The notes below the pieces were generated by a model. The model had not been told where the DNA came from. It saw only the letters and a list, made by a program, of their open reading frames with translations, and made no database searches. Positions 34,643-43,816 of a stretch of DNA of 64,000 nucleotides are shown here, one piece after another. Positions within the stretch are counted from its first letter, which is position 1. The number at the start of each line of letters is the position of its first letter. Origin of the DNA: Mycobacteriales bacterium. Its GTDB lineage: Bacteria; Actinomycetota; Actinomycetes; JAFAQI01. Location of the stretch: positions 1,259 to 65,258 of the forward strand of contig DASTWK010000047.1 of the NCBI GenBank assembly GCA_035776655.1, read 5' to 3'. The translations under genes were made by a program, and so were the position numbers.

Positions 34643-36097
34643 GTGCAGACGACGCGGGACGCGGAGTGGACGGACTTCGACCGGTGCTACCGGGCGGTCA
34701 GCGGCCGCGACGCCCGCTTCGACGGCCGGTTCGTCACCGCCGTCCGCACCACCGGCATCTACTGCCGCCCCAGCTGCCCGGCCCAGACCCCGAAGCCGGA
34801 GAACGTCCGCTTCTTCGCCCGCGCCGCTGCCGCAGCCGCGGCCGGCTTCCGCGCCTGCAAGCGGTGCCGCCCGGACGCCGCACCCGGCAGCCGCGACTGG
34901 GACGTCCGCGGCGACCTCGTCGCCCGCGCCTTGCGCGGCATCGAGAGCGGCGTCGTCGACGAGGCAGGCGTGCCGGGGCTGGCGCAGCGGTTGGCGGTGA
35001 GCGAGCGGCACCTGCATCGGGTGCTGGTCGCCGAGATCGGCGTCGGCCCGCTCGCGCTCGCACGCACCCGGCGGGCGCAGACCGCGCGCATGCTCATCGA
35101 GCACACCGCGTTGCCGTTGTCGAGCGTCGCGTTCAGCGCCGGGTTCGCCAGCATCCGGCAGTTCAACGACGTCATGCGCGCGGAGTTCGGATGCGCGCCG
35201 AGCAGCCTGCGCCGCGGCCGCGTCCCCGCCGGCGACGCCGTCGGCACGCTGACCGTGCGGCTGCAGCACCGCTCGCCCTACGCCGCCGAGCCGATCCTCG
35301 ACTGGCTCGCCGTGCGGGCGATCGACGGCGTGGAAGAGGCGTCGCCCGCGGCGTACCGGCGGGTCATCGGCACCGGGGTCGTCGAGCTCACGCCGATGCC
35401 GGAGCACGGGCACGTCGTCGCGCGCATCGACCTCGACGACCTCACCGCGATCGCTGACGTGGTCGCCCGCTGCCGGCGGCTGTTCGATCTCGACGCGGAC
35501 CCGGTCGCGGTGGACGGCACGCTCGGCACGGACCCGCTGCTGGCACCGGCCGTACGCCGGCACCCGGGCATCCGCGTCCCCGGGGCCGTCGACGGTTTCG
35601 AGCTGGCGGTGCGCGCGGTGCTCGGGCAGCAGGTGTCGGTCGCGGCCGCGCGCACGTTCGCCGCCCGCCTGGTCGCCTGCTGCGGCAAGCCGCTGACGGC
35701 GGCGCGCGGCAACCTGACCCACGCGTTCCCGACCGCCGACGCGGTCGCGGGTGCCGACCTGTCCGGCCTCGGGCTCACCGGAGCGCGCACCCGCACCCTG
35801 CGCGTCCTCGCCGAGGCGGTCGCGGACGGTGGGCTCGCGCTCGACCCGGTCGCCGACCGCGACGAGGTGAAGACGCGCCTCGCTGCGCTGCCCGGGATCG
35901 GGCCGTGGACGGTCGACTACGTCGCAATGCGGGCGCTCGGCGACCCCGACGCTTTCCCCGCGACCGACCTGGTGCTGCGCCGGATGCTCCCCGGCGTGGA
36001 CCTGGCCGAACGAACCCGGAGCTGGCAACCGTGGCGCGCCTATGCCGCGATGCATCTGTGGCGGCTCGCCGCCACGACCAACGAGGAGAAGCAATGA
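34643..36097 (+). CDS. alkA: Ada-AlkA fusion: Ada Zn-finger/AraC HTH regulator + DNA-3-methyladenine glycosylase II
   Basis: It carries FVTAVRTTGIYCRPSCP...FRACKRCRP (Ada N-terminal), an AraC HTH, and HhH-GPD (LPGIGPWTVDYVAMRALGDPDAFP). The start is the GTG at 34643 or at 34625. Confidence 0.85.
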   Translation: MQTTRDAEWTDFDRCYRAVSGRDARFDGRFVTAVRTTGIYCRPSCPAQTPKPENVRFFARAAAAAAAGFRACKRCRPDAAPGSRDWDVRGDLVARALRGIESGVVDEAGVPGLAQRLAVSERHLHRVLVAEIGVGPLALARTRRAQTARMLIEHTALPLSSVAFSAGFASIRQFNDVMRAEFGCAPSSLRRGRVPAGDAVGTLTVRLQHRSPYAAEPILDWLAVRAIDGVEEASPAAYRRVIGTGVVELTPMPEHGHVVARIDLDDLTAIADVVARCRRLFDLDADPVAVDGTLGTDPLLAPAVRRHPGIRVPGAVDGFELAVRAVLGQQVSVAAARTFAARLVACCGKPLTAARGNLTHAFPTADAVAGADLSGLGLTGARTRTLRVLAEAVADGGLALDPVADRDEVKTRLAALPGIGPWTVDYVAMRALGDPDAFPATDLVLRRMLPGVDLAERTRSWQPWRAYAAMHLWRLAATTNEEKQ

Positions 36098-36609
36098 GCA
36101 CCGTGACCGCGATGATGCTGCCGACACCGGTCGGTGACCTCGCCCTGCTCGTCCAGGACGACGCGTTGGTGGCCGCCGGCTTCACCGACGTCGACGACCA
36201 GTACGCGCGGCTGCACACCGACGACCCGCTGCGCCAGGTCAACGACCTCGGCCCGTTCTCGGCCACACTCACGGCGTACTTCGGCGGTGACCTCACGGCG
36301 ATGGACGTGCTGCCGGTGTCGCAACCGGGTGGCGCTTTCCGGCAGGCGGCGTGGAAGGTGATGCGGGAAGTGCCGCCGGGTGAGGTGATGACCTATGCCG
36401 AGCTCGCGGCGCGGGCCGGCAGCCCACAGGCGGTGCGCGCGGCCGGCAGCGCGTGCGCGCAGAACCGGGTGGCACCGGTCGTCCCGTGCCACCGCATCGT
36501 CCGAACCGGCGGGTCCCTGGGCGGTTACTACTACGGCCTCGGCGCGAAGCAATGGCTGCTGGCGCACGAGCGCGGCGAGCTGCCGGTCGTACCGGGCAGC
36601 CTGCTCTGA
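36094..36609 (+). CDS. ogt: methylated-DNA--protein-cysteine methyltransferase
   Basis: 171 aa. The start overlaps the alkA stop as ATGA. The active site is VPCHRIV, with [24 protein letters not shown]. Confidence 0.9.
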   Translation: MSTVTAMMLPTPVGDLALLVQDDALVAAGFTDVDDQYARLHTDDPLRQVNDLGPFSATLTAYFGGDLTAMDVLPVSQPGGAFRQAAWKVMREVPPGEVMTYAELAARAGSPQAVRAAGSACAQNRVAPVVPCHRIVRTGGSLGGYYYGLGAKQWLLAHERGELPVVPGSLL

Positions 36610-37224
36610 TCAGGCGCGAGGAGCGCTGACGCGTCCGATGAGCTCGAGCACCTCGTCGGCGAGGCGGGTCGCGTCGTCCTCGCTCTCCTGCACCGCGACC
36701 TCGCTGCCCGCCTCCGCGACGACGCTGGTCAACACCAGCACGAGCGTGTCACCGAGGGGTTGTTCGTCGGCGCGCAGCAACGCCGCGTTGACGCGGGTCC
36801 AGTCGCGATAACGCCGGCGGGCGATCAGCTCGAAGCCGCTCGGGCCGCCGCCGGCGAGGAAGAGCCGGGCGAGCTCGCGCTCCTCCCAACAGCCGCGCAG
36901 ATAGGCAGCGGCACCGGCGAGGAACAGCTCGGCCGGATCGACGAGGCCGCGGGCGCGCGCGTCGCGTACGGCGGCGGCGGCCCGCTCCTCCTGCCGGCTC
37001 TGGTAGTCCTCGAACAACGCGAGGTAGAGGTCGGCCTTGCCGCCGAAGTGGTGGTAGAGGCTGCCGACGCTGGCGCCGGCACGGGCGACCACGTCGGCGA
37101 TGTTGGCCTGCGCGAAGCCGCACTCGGCGAACACGTCGCGGGCAGCGGACAGCAGGGTGGCGCGGGTGGCCTGCGCGCGGCCCTGGGCCCGTGCGGACCC
37201 GGCGTGGGTATCGGGCTGCTGCAC
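36610..37224 (-). CDS. TetR family transcriptional regulator
   Basis: 204 aa with the N-terminal HTH LLSAARDVFAECGFAQANIADVVARAGASVGSLYHHF. Confidence 0.88.
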   Translation of the reverse strand: MQQPDTHAGSARAQGRAQATRATLLSAARDVFAECGFAQANIADVVARAGASVGSLYHHFGGKADLYLALFEDYQSRQEERAAAAVRDARARGLVDPAELFLAGAAAYLRGCWEERELARLFLAGGGPSGFELIARRRYRDWTRVNAALLRADEQPLGDTLVLVLTSVVAEAGSEVAVQESEDDATRLADEVLELIGRVSAPRA

Positions 37225-37352
37225 GGCGACACTGTGCCACGCGCCGGTTCAGGCAGGACGCCGGCGGCGCGCGGGCGGTCGCCGCAGTTGCGGCCGTTTG
37301 CCTGGTCGATCGGCCGCATCCACGAGAGGGGCTCGGCGGTAGGCTGCCGCAC

Positions 37353-37742
37353 ATGCCGGTCTATGCGTTGCGTGAGGTGGCGCAGCTGTTGGGCGTGAGC
37401 GTCGACACCGCCCGGCGGTGGGCGGACGGCGGCCGGCTGCCGGTGTCGCTCGACGAGCACGGGCATCGCGGGGTGGAGGGCAAGGCGCTGGCGGCGTTCG
37501 CGGTGGAGCAAGCCGGCCGCGACGATGTCGCGACACCGTCGTCGATGCGCAACCGCTTCCCCGGCATCGTGACCCGGGTCGTGCGCGGCGACGTGGCCGC
37601 GCAGGTCGAGATCCAGGCCGGGCCGCACCGGCTGGTGTCGTTGCTGACCCGGGAGGCCGTCGACGAGCTCGACCTGCAGGAGGGCGACCGCGCGACCGCC
37701 GTCGTGAAGGCGACGAACGTCGCCGTCGAGCTGCCGCCGTGA
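37353..37742 (+). CDS. molybdate-responsive regulator (excisionase/MerR-type HTH + Mop/TOBE domain)
   Basis: The ATG at 37353 begins REVAQLLGVSVDTARRWADGG (HTH). The C-terminal SMRNRFPGIVTRV...VVKATNVAV is a TOBE/Mop domain. It is translationally coupled to modA. Confidence 0.8.
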   Translation: MPVYALREVAQLLGVSVDTARRWADGGRLPVSLDEHGHRGVEGKALAAFAVEQAGRDDVATPSSMRNRFPGIVTRVVRGDVAAQVEIQAGPHRLVSLLTREAVDELDLQEGDRATAVVKATNVAVELPP

Positions 37743-38482
37743 CCGCCATCCGGGCCGCGGTCGTGGGCGCGGTCGTGCTCGCCGCCGGCTGCGCGGGTGC
37801 GGGCACGCCTGCGGGTTCCGGTGCCGCGAGCGGCGGCGCCGGGCGGATCACCGTCTTCGCGGCGTCGTCGCTGACTGATGCGTTCCCGGCGGTCGCCGCC
37901 GCCTACCGGCGCACGCCCGACGGCGGTCCCGCCCGGTTCTCCTTCGCCGGCTCGCAGGAGCTCGTCGCGCAGATCAGCAACGGCGCACCGGCCGACGTCA
38001 TCGCCACCGCCGACAACACGACGATGCGGCGGATCACCGCGCGACTCGTCGCGCCACCGCAGACCTTCGCGCACAACCAGCTCGTCATCGTCACCCGCCC
38101 CGGCAACCCGCACCACATCCGTTCGCTCGCCGACCTCGCCGCGCCGGGCATCGTGGTGGTGCTGGCCGCACCGGTCGTCCCGGCCGGCAACTACGCGCAG
38201 ATCGCGCTGGACCGCGCGCGCGTGCACGTCTCCCCCAAGTCGTTGGAGACCGATGTGCGTGGGGTGCTGACGAAGGTCGAGCTCGGCGAGGCCGACGCCG
38301 GCATCGTCTATCGGACCGATGCGCTCGCTGCCGCGGGCAAGGTCCACGCCGTACCGATTCCGGACGCACCGACGGCGGCGTACGAGATCGGCGCCCTCGA
38401 CCGCGCCGGGCGCGGCTTCGTCGACTTCGTGCTGTCGGCCGCCGGGCAGCAGGTGCTGCGACGGTTCGGATTCAGCCCGTGA
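37739..38482 (+). CDS. modA: molybdate ABC transporter substrate-binding lipoprotein
   Basis: The GTG at 37739 overlaps the upstream stop. It has the lipobox-like VLAAGC, and ITVFAASSLTDAF...FAGSQELVAQI. Confidence 0.88.
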   Translation: MTAIRAAVVGAVVLAAGCAGAGTPAGSGAASGGAGRITVFAASSLTDAFPAVAAAYRRTPDGGPARFSFAGSQELVAQISNGAPADVIATADNTTMRRITARLVAPPQTFAHNQLVIVTRPGNPHHIRSLADLAAPGIVVVLAAPVVPAGNYAQIALDRARVHVSPKSLETDVRGVLTKVELGEADAGIVYRTDALAAAGKVHAVPIPDAPTAAYEIGALDRAGRGFVDFVLSAAGQQVLRRFGFSP

Positions 38483-39270
38483 CCCACCGACGCCCGCCGC
38501 TGACGATGGCGACCGCGGGAACCGTCGGCATCGCGTTCCTCGTGCTGCCCCTCCTGGGGTTGCTGGTCCACGCGCCGTGGCACCGATGGCCGGGCCTCGT
38601 CACCACTCCGGCGGCTCGACAAGCGCTGCTGCTGTCGGTGGAGTGCTCGTTCGGCGCGCTCGGCTTCGCGGTGGTCACCGGAGTGCCCCTGGCCTGGCTG
38701 CTCGCCCGCTGCGACTTCCCCGGCAAGAGCCTGCTGCGCGCGCTGGTCACCGTCCCGTTGGTGCTGCCGCCGGTCGTCGGCGGGGTCGCGTTGCTGCTCG
38801 CGTTCGGCAACAACGGCCTGATCCCGCTGCATCTCGCCTACACGACCTGGGGGGCGATCGCGGCGGAGGCCTTCGTGGCGATGCCCTTCCTCGTCCTCGC
38901 CGTCGAAGGTGCGCTGGCCGGGATGGACGCCCGGTTCGAAGACGTCGCCGCCACGCTGGGTGCCGGGCCGCTGGCAACGTTCCGCCGGGTGACCTTGCCG
39001 CTGCTCGCGCCCGGCCTCGCCGCGGGAGCAGCGCTGGCGTGGGCGCGCGCACTGGGCGAGTTCGGCGCAACGATCACCTTCGCCGGCAACCTGCCCGGCA
39101 GCACCCAGACCCTGCCGCTCTACATCTACCTCGAGCTGCAGTCGGACCCCGACGCCGCGGTCGCGTTGTCCTTGCTCCTGCTGGCGGTCTCGGTGCTGTT
39201 GCTGGTCGCGCTCGGGCGCCGGCGACTCCTGTCGGGTGCGCGCGTCTCCGCCGCGGTCACGCCGGCGTGA
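38479..39270 (+). CDS. modB: molybdate ABC transporter permease
   Basis: 263 aa. The EAA-loop region is [23 protein letters not shown]. The start and stop overlap the flanking genes. Confidence 0.9.
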   Translation: MTHRRPPLTMATAGTVGIAFLVLPLLGLLVHAPWHRWPGLVTTPAARQALLLSVECSFGALGFAVVTGVPLAWLLARCDFPGKSLLRALVTVPLVLPPVVGGVALLLAFGNNGLIPLHLAYTTWGAIAAEAFVAMPFLVLAVEGALAGMDARFEDVAATLGAGPLATFRRVTLPLLAPGLAAGAALAWARALGEFGATITFAGNLPGSTQTLPLYIYLELQSDPDAAVALSLLLLAVSVLLLVALGRRRLLSGARVSAAVTPA

Positions 39271-40304
39271 CCGCCGTGCTCACCGTCGACCTGCACGTAC
39301 GCCGGGGGGCGTTCCACCTGCAGGCACGGCTGCAAGCGGCGGCCGGAGAGACGCTCGCTCTCGTCGGCCCCAACGGCTCCGGCAAGTCGACGCTGCTCCG
39401 CGCCCTCGCCGGCCTGCAGCCGGCGACCGGGACGCTGACCGTGGACGGCGCCGACACGAACAGCTTGCCGGCGCACGAGCGGGCGGTCGGCTGGGTGCCG
39501 CAGGAAGGCGCGCTGTTCCCACACCTCAACGCCCGCGACAACGTCGCGTTCGGGATCGGCGGTCGCCGCGGCCAGCGGGTTGCGCGCGAGCTGCTGGCCG
39601 AGCTCGGCCTGCTCGAGTTGGCCGAGCGTCGGCCGGCGCAGCTGTCCGGCGGGCAGGCGCAGAAGGTGGCGTTGGCGCGCGCGTTGGCGCGGCGGCCGCG
39701 GCTGCTGTTGCTCGACGAGCCGCTGGCGGCGCTCGACGTCGCAGCGCGGGCCGAGGTACGGCGGGCGTTGCGCGCGCGCCTTTCGTCGTACGACGGCGTC
39801 ACGTTGCTGGTCACCCACGACCCGGTCGACATCCTCACGTTGGCCACCCGGGTCGTCGCGCTGGAGAACGGCTCGGTGGTGCAGGACGCGCCGGCGGGCG
39901 AGGTGGCGCGGGCGCCGCGATCGCCGTGGCTGGCCGAGCTGATGGGCAGCAACGCGTTCGCGGGCCGGTTGCGCGGTCATGCAGTGCTGATCGAGGGCGG
40001 CGGCTCGGTGACGGCGGCCGAGGTCACCGGGGCCCCGCCCGACGGGGTGGCGGCACTCGCGGTGGTGCCCGCGCACGCGGTGACCGTGCACCGGGAGGAG
40101 CCGGACAGCAGCGCGCGCAACACCTGGCCGGTCGTGGTGCGAGATCTGGTCGCGACCGGCGGCCGGGTGCGACTGCGCTGCGACGGCGCGCCGCCGGTGT
40201 TGGCCGAGGTCACGCCGGAGGCAGTGGCAGATCTGCGGCTCGCGGACGGGGCACAGGTGTGGGCCAGTGTCAAGGCGACAGAAGTCACCGTCGTGCTGCT
40301 TTAG
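39267..40304 (+). CDS. modC: molybdate ABC transporter ATP-binding protein with a C-terminal TOBE-like domain
   Basis: The start overlaps the modB stop as GTGA. It has Walker [10 protein letters not shown], the signature LSGGQAQ, and Walker B LLLLDEP. Confidence 0.88.
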   Translation: MTAVLTVDLHVRRGAFHLQARLQAAAGETLALVGPNGSGKSTLLRALAGLQPATGTLTVDGADTNSLPAHERAVGWVPQEGALFPHLNARDNVAFGIGGRRGQRVARELLAELGLLELAERRPAQLSGGQAQKVALARALARRPRLLLLDEPLAALDVAARAEVRRALRARLSSYDGVTLLVTHDPVDILTLATRVVALENGSVVQDAPAGEVARAPRSPWLAELMGSNAFAGRLRGHAVLIEGGGSVTAAEVTGAPPDGVAALAVVPAHAVTVHREEPDSSARNTWPVVVRDLVATGGRVRLRCDGAPPVLAEVTPEAVADLRLADGAQVWASVKATEVTVVLL

Positions 40305-40333
40305 CAACGGTCGTGCGTGGCTACGATCACGGC

Positions 40334-41362
40334 ATGTCGGACACGGGTCTCCCGGGAGCGCTGCGCGTCGGCGGCGAACGTCCCGACCGCAACCTCGCGC
40401 TCGAGCTCGTCCGCGTGACAGAGGCCGCGGCGATGGCCGCCGGCCGCTGGGTCGGGCGCGGTGACAAGAATGGCGCTGACGCCGCCGCGGTCAACGCCAT
40501 GCGGCAGCTCGTCTCCACCGTGTCGATGAAGGGCGTCGTCGTCATCGGCGAGGGGGAGAAGGACGAGGCGCCGATGCTCTACAACGGCGAAGAGGTCGGC
40601 GACGGCGACGGTCCCGACTGTGACGTCGCGGTCGACCCCATCGACGGCACGACGCTCACCGCCAAGGGCATGAACAACGCCATCGCTGTGATGGCGGTTG
40701 CCGACCGCGGGTCGATGTATGACCCGAGTGCCGTGTTCTACATGGAGAAGCTGGTCGTGGGGCCGGACGCGGCCGACTACGTGGACATCGAGGCGCCGGT
40801 CGACCACAACGTCCAGGCGGTCGCCAAGGCGAAGCACTGCTCACCCGAAGACGTCACGGTCGTGATCCTCGACCGGCCGCGGCACGACGAGCTGGTGCAG
40901 CAGATCCGCGACGCGGGTGCGCGCATCAAGTTCATCAGCGACGGCGACGTCGCCGGCGCCATCATGGCCGCGCGCGACGGCACCGGCGTCGACATGTTGC
41001 TCGGCGTCGGCGGCACCCCCGAGGGCATCATCGCGGCCTGCGCGGTGAAGTGCCTCGGCGGCGTGATCCTCGGCAAGCTGTGGCCGAAGGACGACGCGGA
41101 GCGCGAACGCGCGCAAGACGCGGGACACGACCTGAGCCGGGTGCTCGCCACCAACGACCTGGTCGACGGCGACAACGTCTTCTTCGTCGCAACCGGCGTA
41201 ACGGACGGCGAGCTGCTCGACGGCGTGCGTTACAAGGCCGGCGGTGCGACCACCCACTCGCTGGTGATGCGGTCGAAGTCCGGCACGATCCGCAACATCC
41301 ATAGCGACCACCAGCTCACGAAGCTGCGCGCCTACTCCGCCATCGACTTCGACAAGCACTGA
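40334..41362 (+). CDS. glpX: class II fructose-1,6-bisphosphatase
   Basis: 342 aa with [20 protein letters not shown] and GVGGTPEGI motifs. Confidence 0.92.
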   Translation: MSDTGLPGALRVGGERPDRNLALELVRVTEAAAMAAGRWVGRGDKNGADAAAVNAMRQLVSTVSMKGVVVIGEGEKDEAPMLYNGEEVGDGDGPDCDVAVDPIDGTTLTAKGMNNAIAVMAVADRGSMYDPSAVFYMEKLVVGPDAADYVDIEAPVDHNVQAVAKAKHCSPEDVTVVILDRPRHDELVQQIRDAGARIKFISDGDVAGAIMAARDGTGVDMLLGVGGTPEGIIAACAVKCLGGVILGKLWPKDDAERERAQDAGHDLSRVLATNDLVDGDNVFFVATGVTDGELLDGVRYKAGGATTHSLVMRSKSGTIRNIHSDHQLTKLRAYSAIDFDKH

Positions 41363-41380
41363 AGCGCCCGGACGCTTGGC

Positions 41381-41479
41381 GGGATGGCGTCGGCGGCACG
41401 GCGTCGACGGGATCGCGCCGGTGGGATGGCGCCGGCGGGATTGCGGTGCCGCCGAGCGCGACGTCTCGCCTCGTAGTCT
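41381..41479 (+). promoter_or_regulatory. four GGGATnGCG direct repeats plus a TAGTCT -10 element for a leaderless class I fumarase mRNA
   Basis: GGGAT occurs at 41381, 41409, 41423 and 41438. TAGTCT (TANNNT) at 41474..41479 ends 6 nt before the GTG at 41486, and no SD is present. Confidence 0.45.
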
Positions 41480-41485
41480 CTTGTC

Positions 41486-43159
41486 GTGCCTGAGTTCACG
41501 TTCACCGAACTGCTGCCGCTCGGCGACGACCCCACGCCGTACCGGCTGCTCACCACTGAGGGCGTCAGCGTCATCGAGGCGGCGGGACGTCGCTTCCTGC
41601 AGGTCGAGCCCGAGGCGCTGCGCCTGCTCACCGACACGGCGATGCGGGACATCGCGCACCTGCTGCGACCCGGCCACCTGGCGCAACTGCGGCGGATCCT
41701 CGACGACCCTGACGCCTCACCGAACGACCGCTTCGTTGCGCTCGACCTGCTGAAGAACGCGAACATCGCGGCCGGTGGGGTGCTGCCGATGTGCCAGGAC
41801 ACCGGTACGGCGATCGTCGCGGGCAAACGCGGTCGACACGTGCTGACCGACGGGCGGGACGAGGAGCACATCAGCCGCGGAGTGTTCGACGCCTACACCC
41901 GGCTCAACCTGCGCTACTCGCAGATGGCACCGCTGACGATGTGGGACGAGGAGAACACTGGCTCCAACCTGCCCGCACAGATCGAGCTCTACGCGACCGA
42001 TCCGCACGGGCACGCCGACGTCTACGAGTTCCTCTTCATGGCCAAAGGCGGTGGCAGCGCCAACAAGTCGTTCCTCTACCAAGAGACGAAGCGCGTGCTC
42101 AACGAGGAGCGCCTGATGGCGTTCCTCGACGAGAAGCTCCGGTTTCTCGGCACGGCCGCATGCCCGCCGTACCACCTGGCCGTGGTCATCGGCGGCACGT
42201 CGGCGGAGTTTGCGCTGAAGACCGCGAAGTACGCGAGCGCGCGCTATCTCGACACGCTGCCGACAACCGGTGACGTGAGCGGACACGGGTTTCGCGACCT
42301 GGAGCTGGAGAAGCGGGTCCTCGAGCTGACCCAGTCGTTCGGGATCGGTGCGCAGTTCGGCGGCAAGTACTTCTGCCACGACGTGCGGGTGGTGCGGCTG
42401 CCGCGCCACGGCGCGTCCTGCCCGATCGCGATCGCGGTGTCGTGCAGCGCCGACCGGCAGGCACTCGGGCGCATCACTTCCGACGGCGTGTTCCTCGAAG
42501 CGCTGGAGACCGATCCGGCGAAGTACTTGCCGGAGGTGACCGACGCGCAACTGGACGACTCCGGTGGGGTCGTGCGCATCGACCTCAACCGGCCGATGGC
42601 GGAGATCCGCGCCGAGCTGAGCCGGCGCCCGGTGAAGACCCGGCTGTCGCTCACCGGACCGATGGTTGTCGCGCGAGACATCGCACACGCGAAGATCAAG
42701 GAACGGCTCGATGCGGGTGAGGCCATGCCGGCGTACCTGCGCGACCACGCGGTCTATTACGCCGGGCCGGCAAAGACACCGGCGGGCTATGCGAGTGGCT
42801 CGTTCGGGCCGACGACGGCGGGGCGCATGGACGCCTACGTGGAGCAGTTCCAGGCCGCCGGCGGGTCCCTGGTCATGGTCGCGAAGGGCAACCGGTCGAA
42901 AGCAGTGACCACCGCGTGCCAGTCGCATGGCGGCTTCTACCTCGGGTCGATCGGCGGCCCGGCGGCCCGGCTGGCGCAGGACTGCATCCGCTCGGTCGAG
43001 GTGCTGGAGTATGCCGAGCTCGGCATGGAAGCCGTCTGGCGGATCGAGGTTGAAGACTTCCCGGCGTTCATCGTCGTGGACGACAAGGGGAACGACTTCT
43101 TCGCCGACACCCTGCGGCCGGTGGCGACTCAGATCCCGGTCGGCGCCCCGAAGGTGTGA
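41486..43159 (+). CDS. class I (Fe-S dependent) fumarate hydratase, fused alpha/beta type
   Basis: 557 aa with [14 protein letters not shown] (N-terminal catalytic domain) and the C-terminal GPTTAGRMD...GNRS...GGPAA beta-domain motifs. Confidence 0.9.
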   Translation: MPEFTFTELLPLGDDPTPYRLLTTEGVSVIEAAGRRFLQVEPEALRLLTDTAMRDIAHLLRPGHLAQLRRILDDPDASPNDRFVALDLLKNANIAAGGVLPMCQDTGTAIVAGKRGRHVLTDGRDEEHISRGVFDAYTRLNLRYSQMAPLTMWDEENTGSNLPAQIELYATDPHGHADVYEFLFMAKGGGSANKSFLYQETKRVLNEERLMAFLDEKLRFLGTAACPPYHLAVVIGGTSAEFALKTAKYASARYLDTLPTTGDVSGHGFRDLELEKRVLELTQSFGIGAQFGGKYFCHDVRVVRLPRHGASCPIAIAVSCSADRQALGRITSDGVFLEALETDPAKYLPEVTDAQLDDSGGVVRIDLNRPMAEIRAELSRRPVKTRLSLTGPMVVARDIAHAKIKERLDAGEAMPAYLRDHAVYYAGPAKTPAGYASGSFGPTTAGRMDAYVEQFQAAGGSLVMVAKGNRSKAVTTACQSHGGFYLGSIGGPAARLAQDCIRSVEVLEYAELGMEAVWRIEVEDFPAFIVVDDKGNDFFADTLRPVATQIPVGAPKV

Positions 43160-43345
43160 GCCCGGAACCGAGAACCGGATTGGCACCGGCGACAACAGGG
43201 CAGGTGGCTCGTCGTGGATCACCTGCCTAGTCCAGCCAGGGCCGAGCGCAACCAACGCCGAAAGCTCGCCTTCATCCCCGTGTGGCCGGTGATCGCAGCC
43301 TTTGCTCTCGTGATCGCTGTCATCGTGCTCGTCCGATAGCAGCAC

Positions 43346-43522
43346 TCAATCGCTTTGGTTGGGATCGTCAGCGATCAGCAGGCCGCGGATGGCTTCAATC
43401 GTCGCAGCGGTGTCCCTATGCACGCGCTCGAGGACGCCGCCGACGTCGAACACAACGGCCCGAACGGTCACTTCGGGATTGTGCCGCGGCCGCGTAGCGA
43501 TGGCCGTGGTACCCATGGCCAT
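43346..43522 (-). pseudogene. truncated HAD-superfamily hydrolase N-terminal fragment
   Basis: A 58-codon ORF (MAMGTTAIATRPRHNPEVTVRAVVFDVGGVLERV...) carries HAD motif I (FDVGGVL) but stops after 58 aa. It has no SD. Confidence 0.35.
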
Positions 43523-43675
43523 CGAGGAGAGCCAACCCTAATTCGTTGAGCAGTCTCGCTTGGCAGGCGAAGCCCTGCCGTCGGGCTCCCTGCGGTGACA
43601 CTGGCGGCGCATTCAGTTGTGGCAACGAGAACCCGTGTCCAGTTGTGGCCGCGGCAACCCCTGTCGATCCGGCGC

Positions 43676-43719
43676 TTGACAGCAGCGGGCGCAGGCGTGA
43701 TAATCGAACTGTTATTCGG
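43676..43719 (+). promoter_or_regulatory. sigma-70-like promoter (TTGACA-N17-GATAAT) overlapping a LexA/Cheo-box-like site
   Basis: -35 TTGACA is at 43676..43681 and -10 GATAAT is at 43699..43704. TCGAACtgttATTCGG at 43704..43719 matches 10/12 of TCGAAC-N4-GTTCGA. The site lies 113 nt upstream of the HNH ATG. Confidence 0.5.
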
Positions 43720-43816
43720 CAGGTCATGGGGCACGCAGACAACAGCGCGGCAGTGGGACATCGGACTGGTGAGGGTTTCGACCTGCCACTCCCTCAGCCC
43801 ACCCTGGAGCGCGCGC

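Noticed and set aside
37225-37352. I considered a molybdenum-cofactor riboswitch upstream of the mop-modABC operon.
   Set aside because: I could not find the conserved Moco-motif elements. The operon already begins with a Mop/TOBE-type protein regulator, and the spacer is a divergent promoter region shared with tetR.
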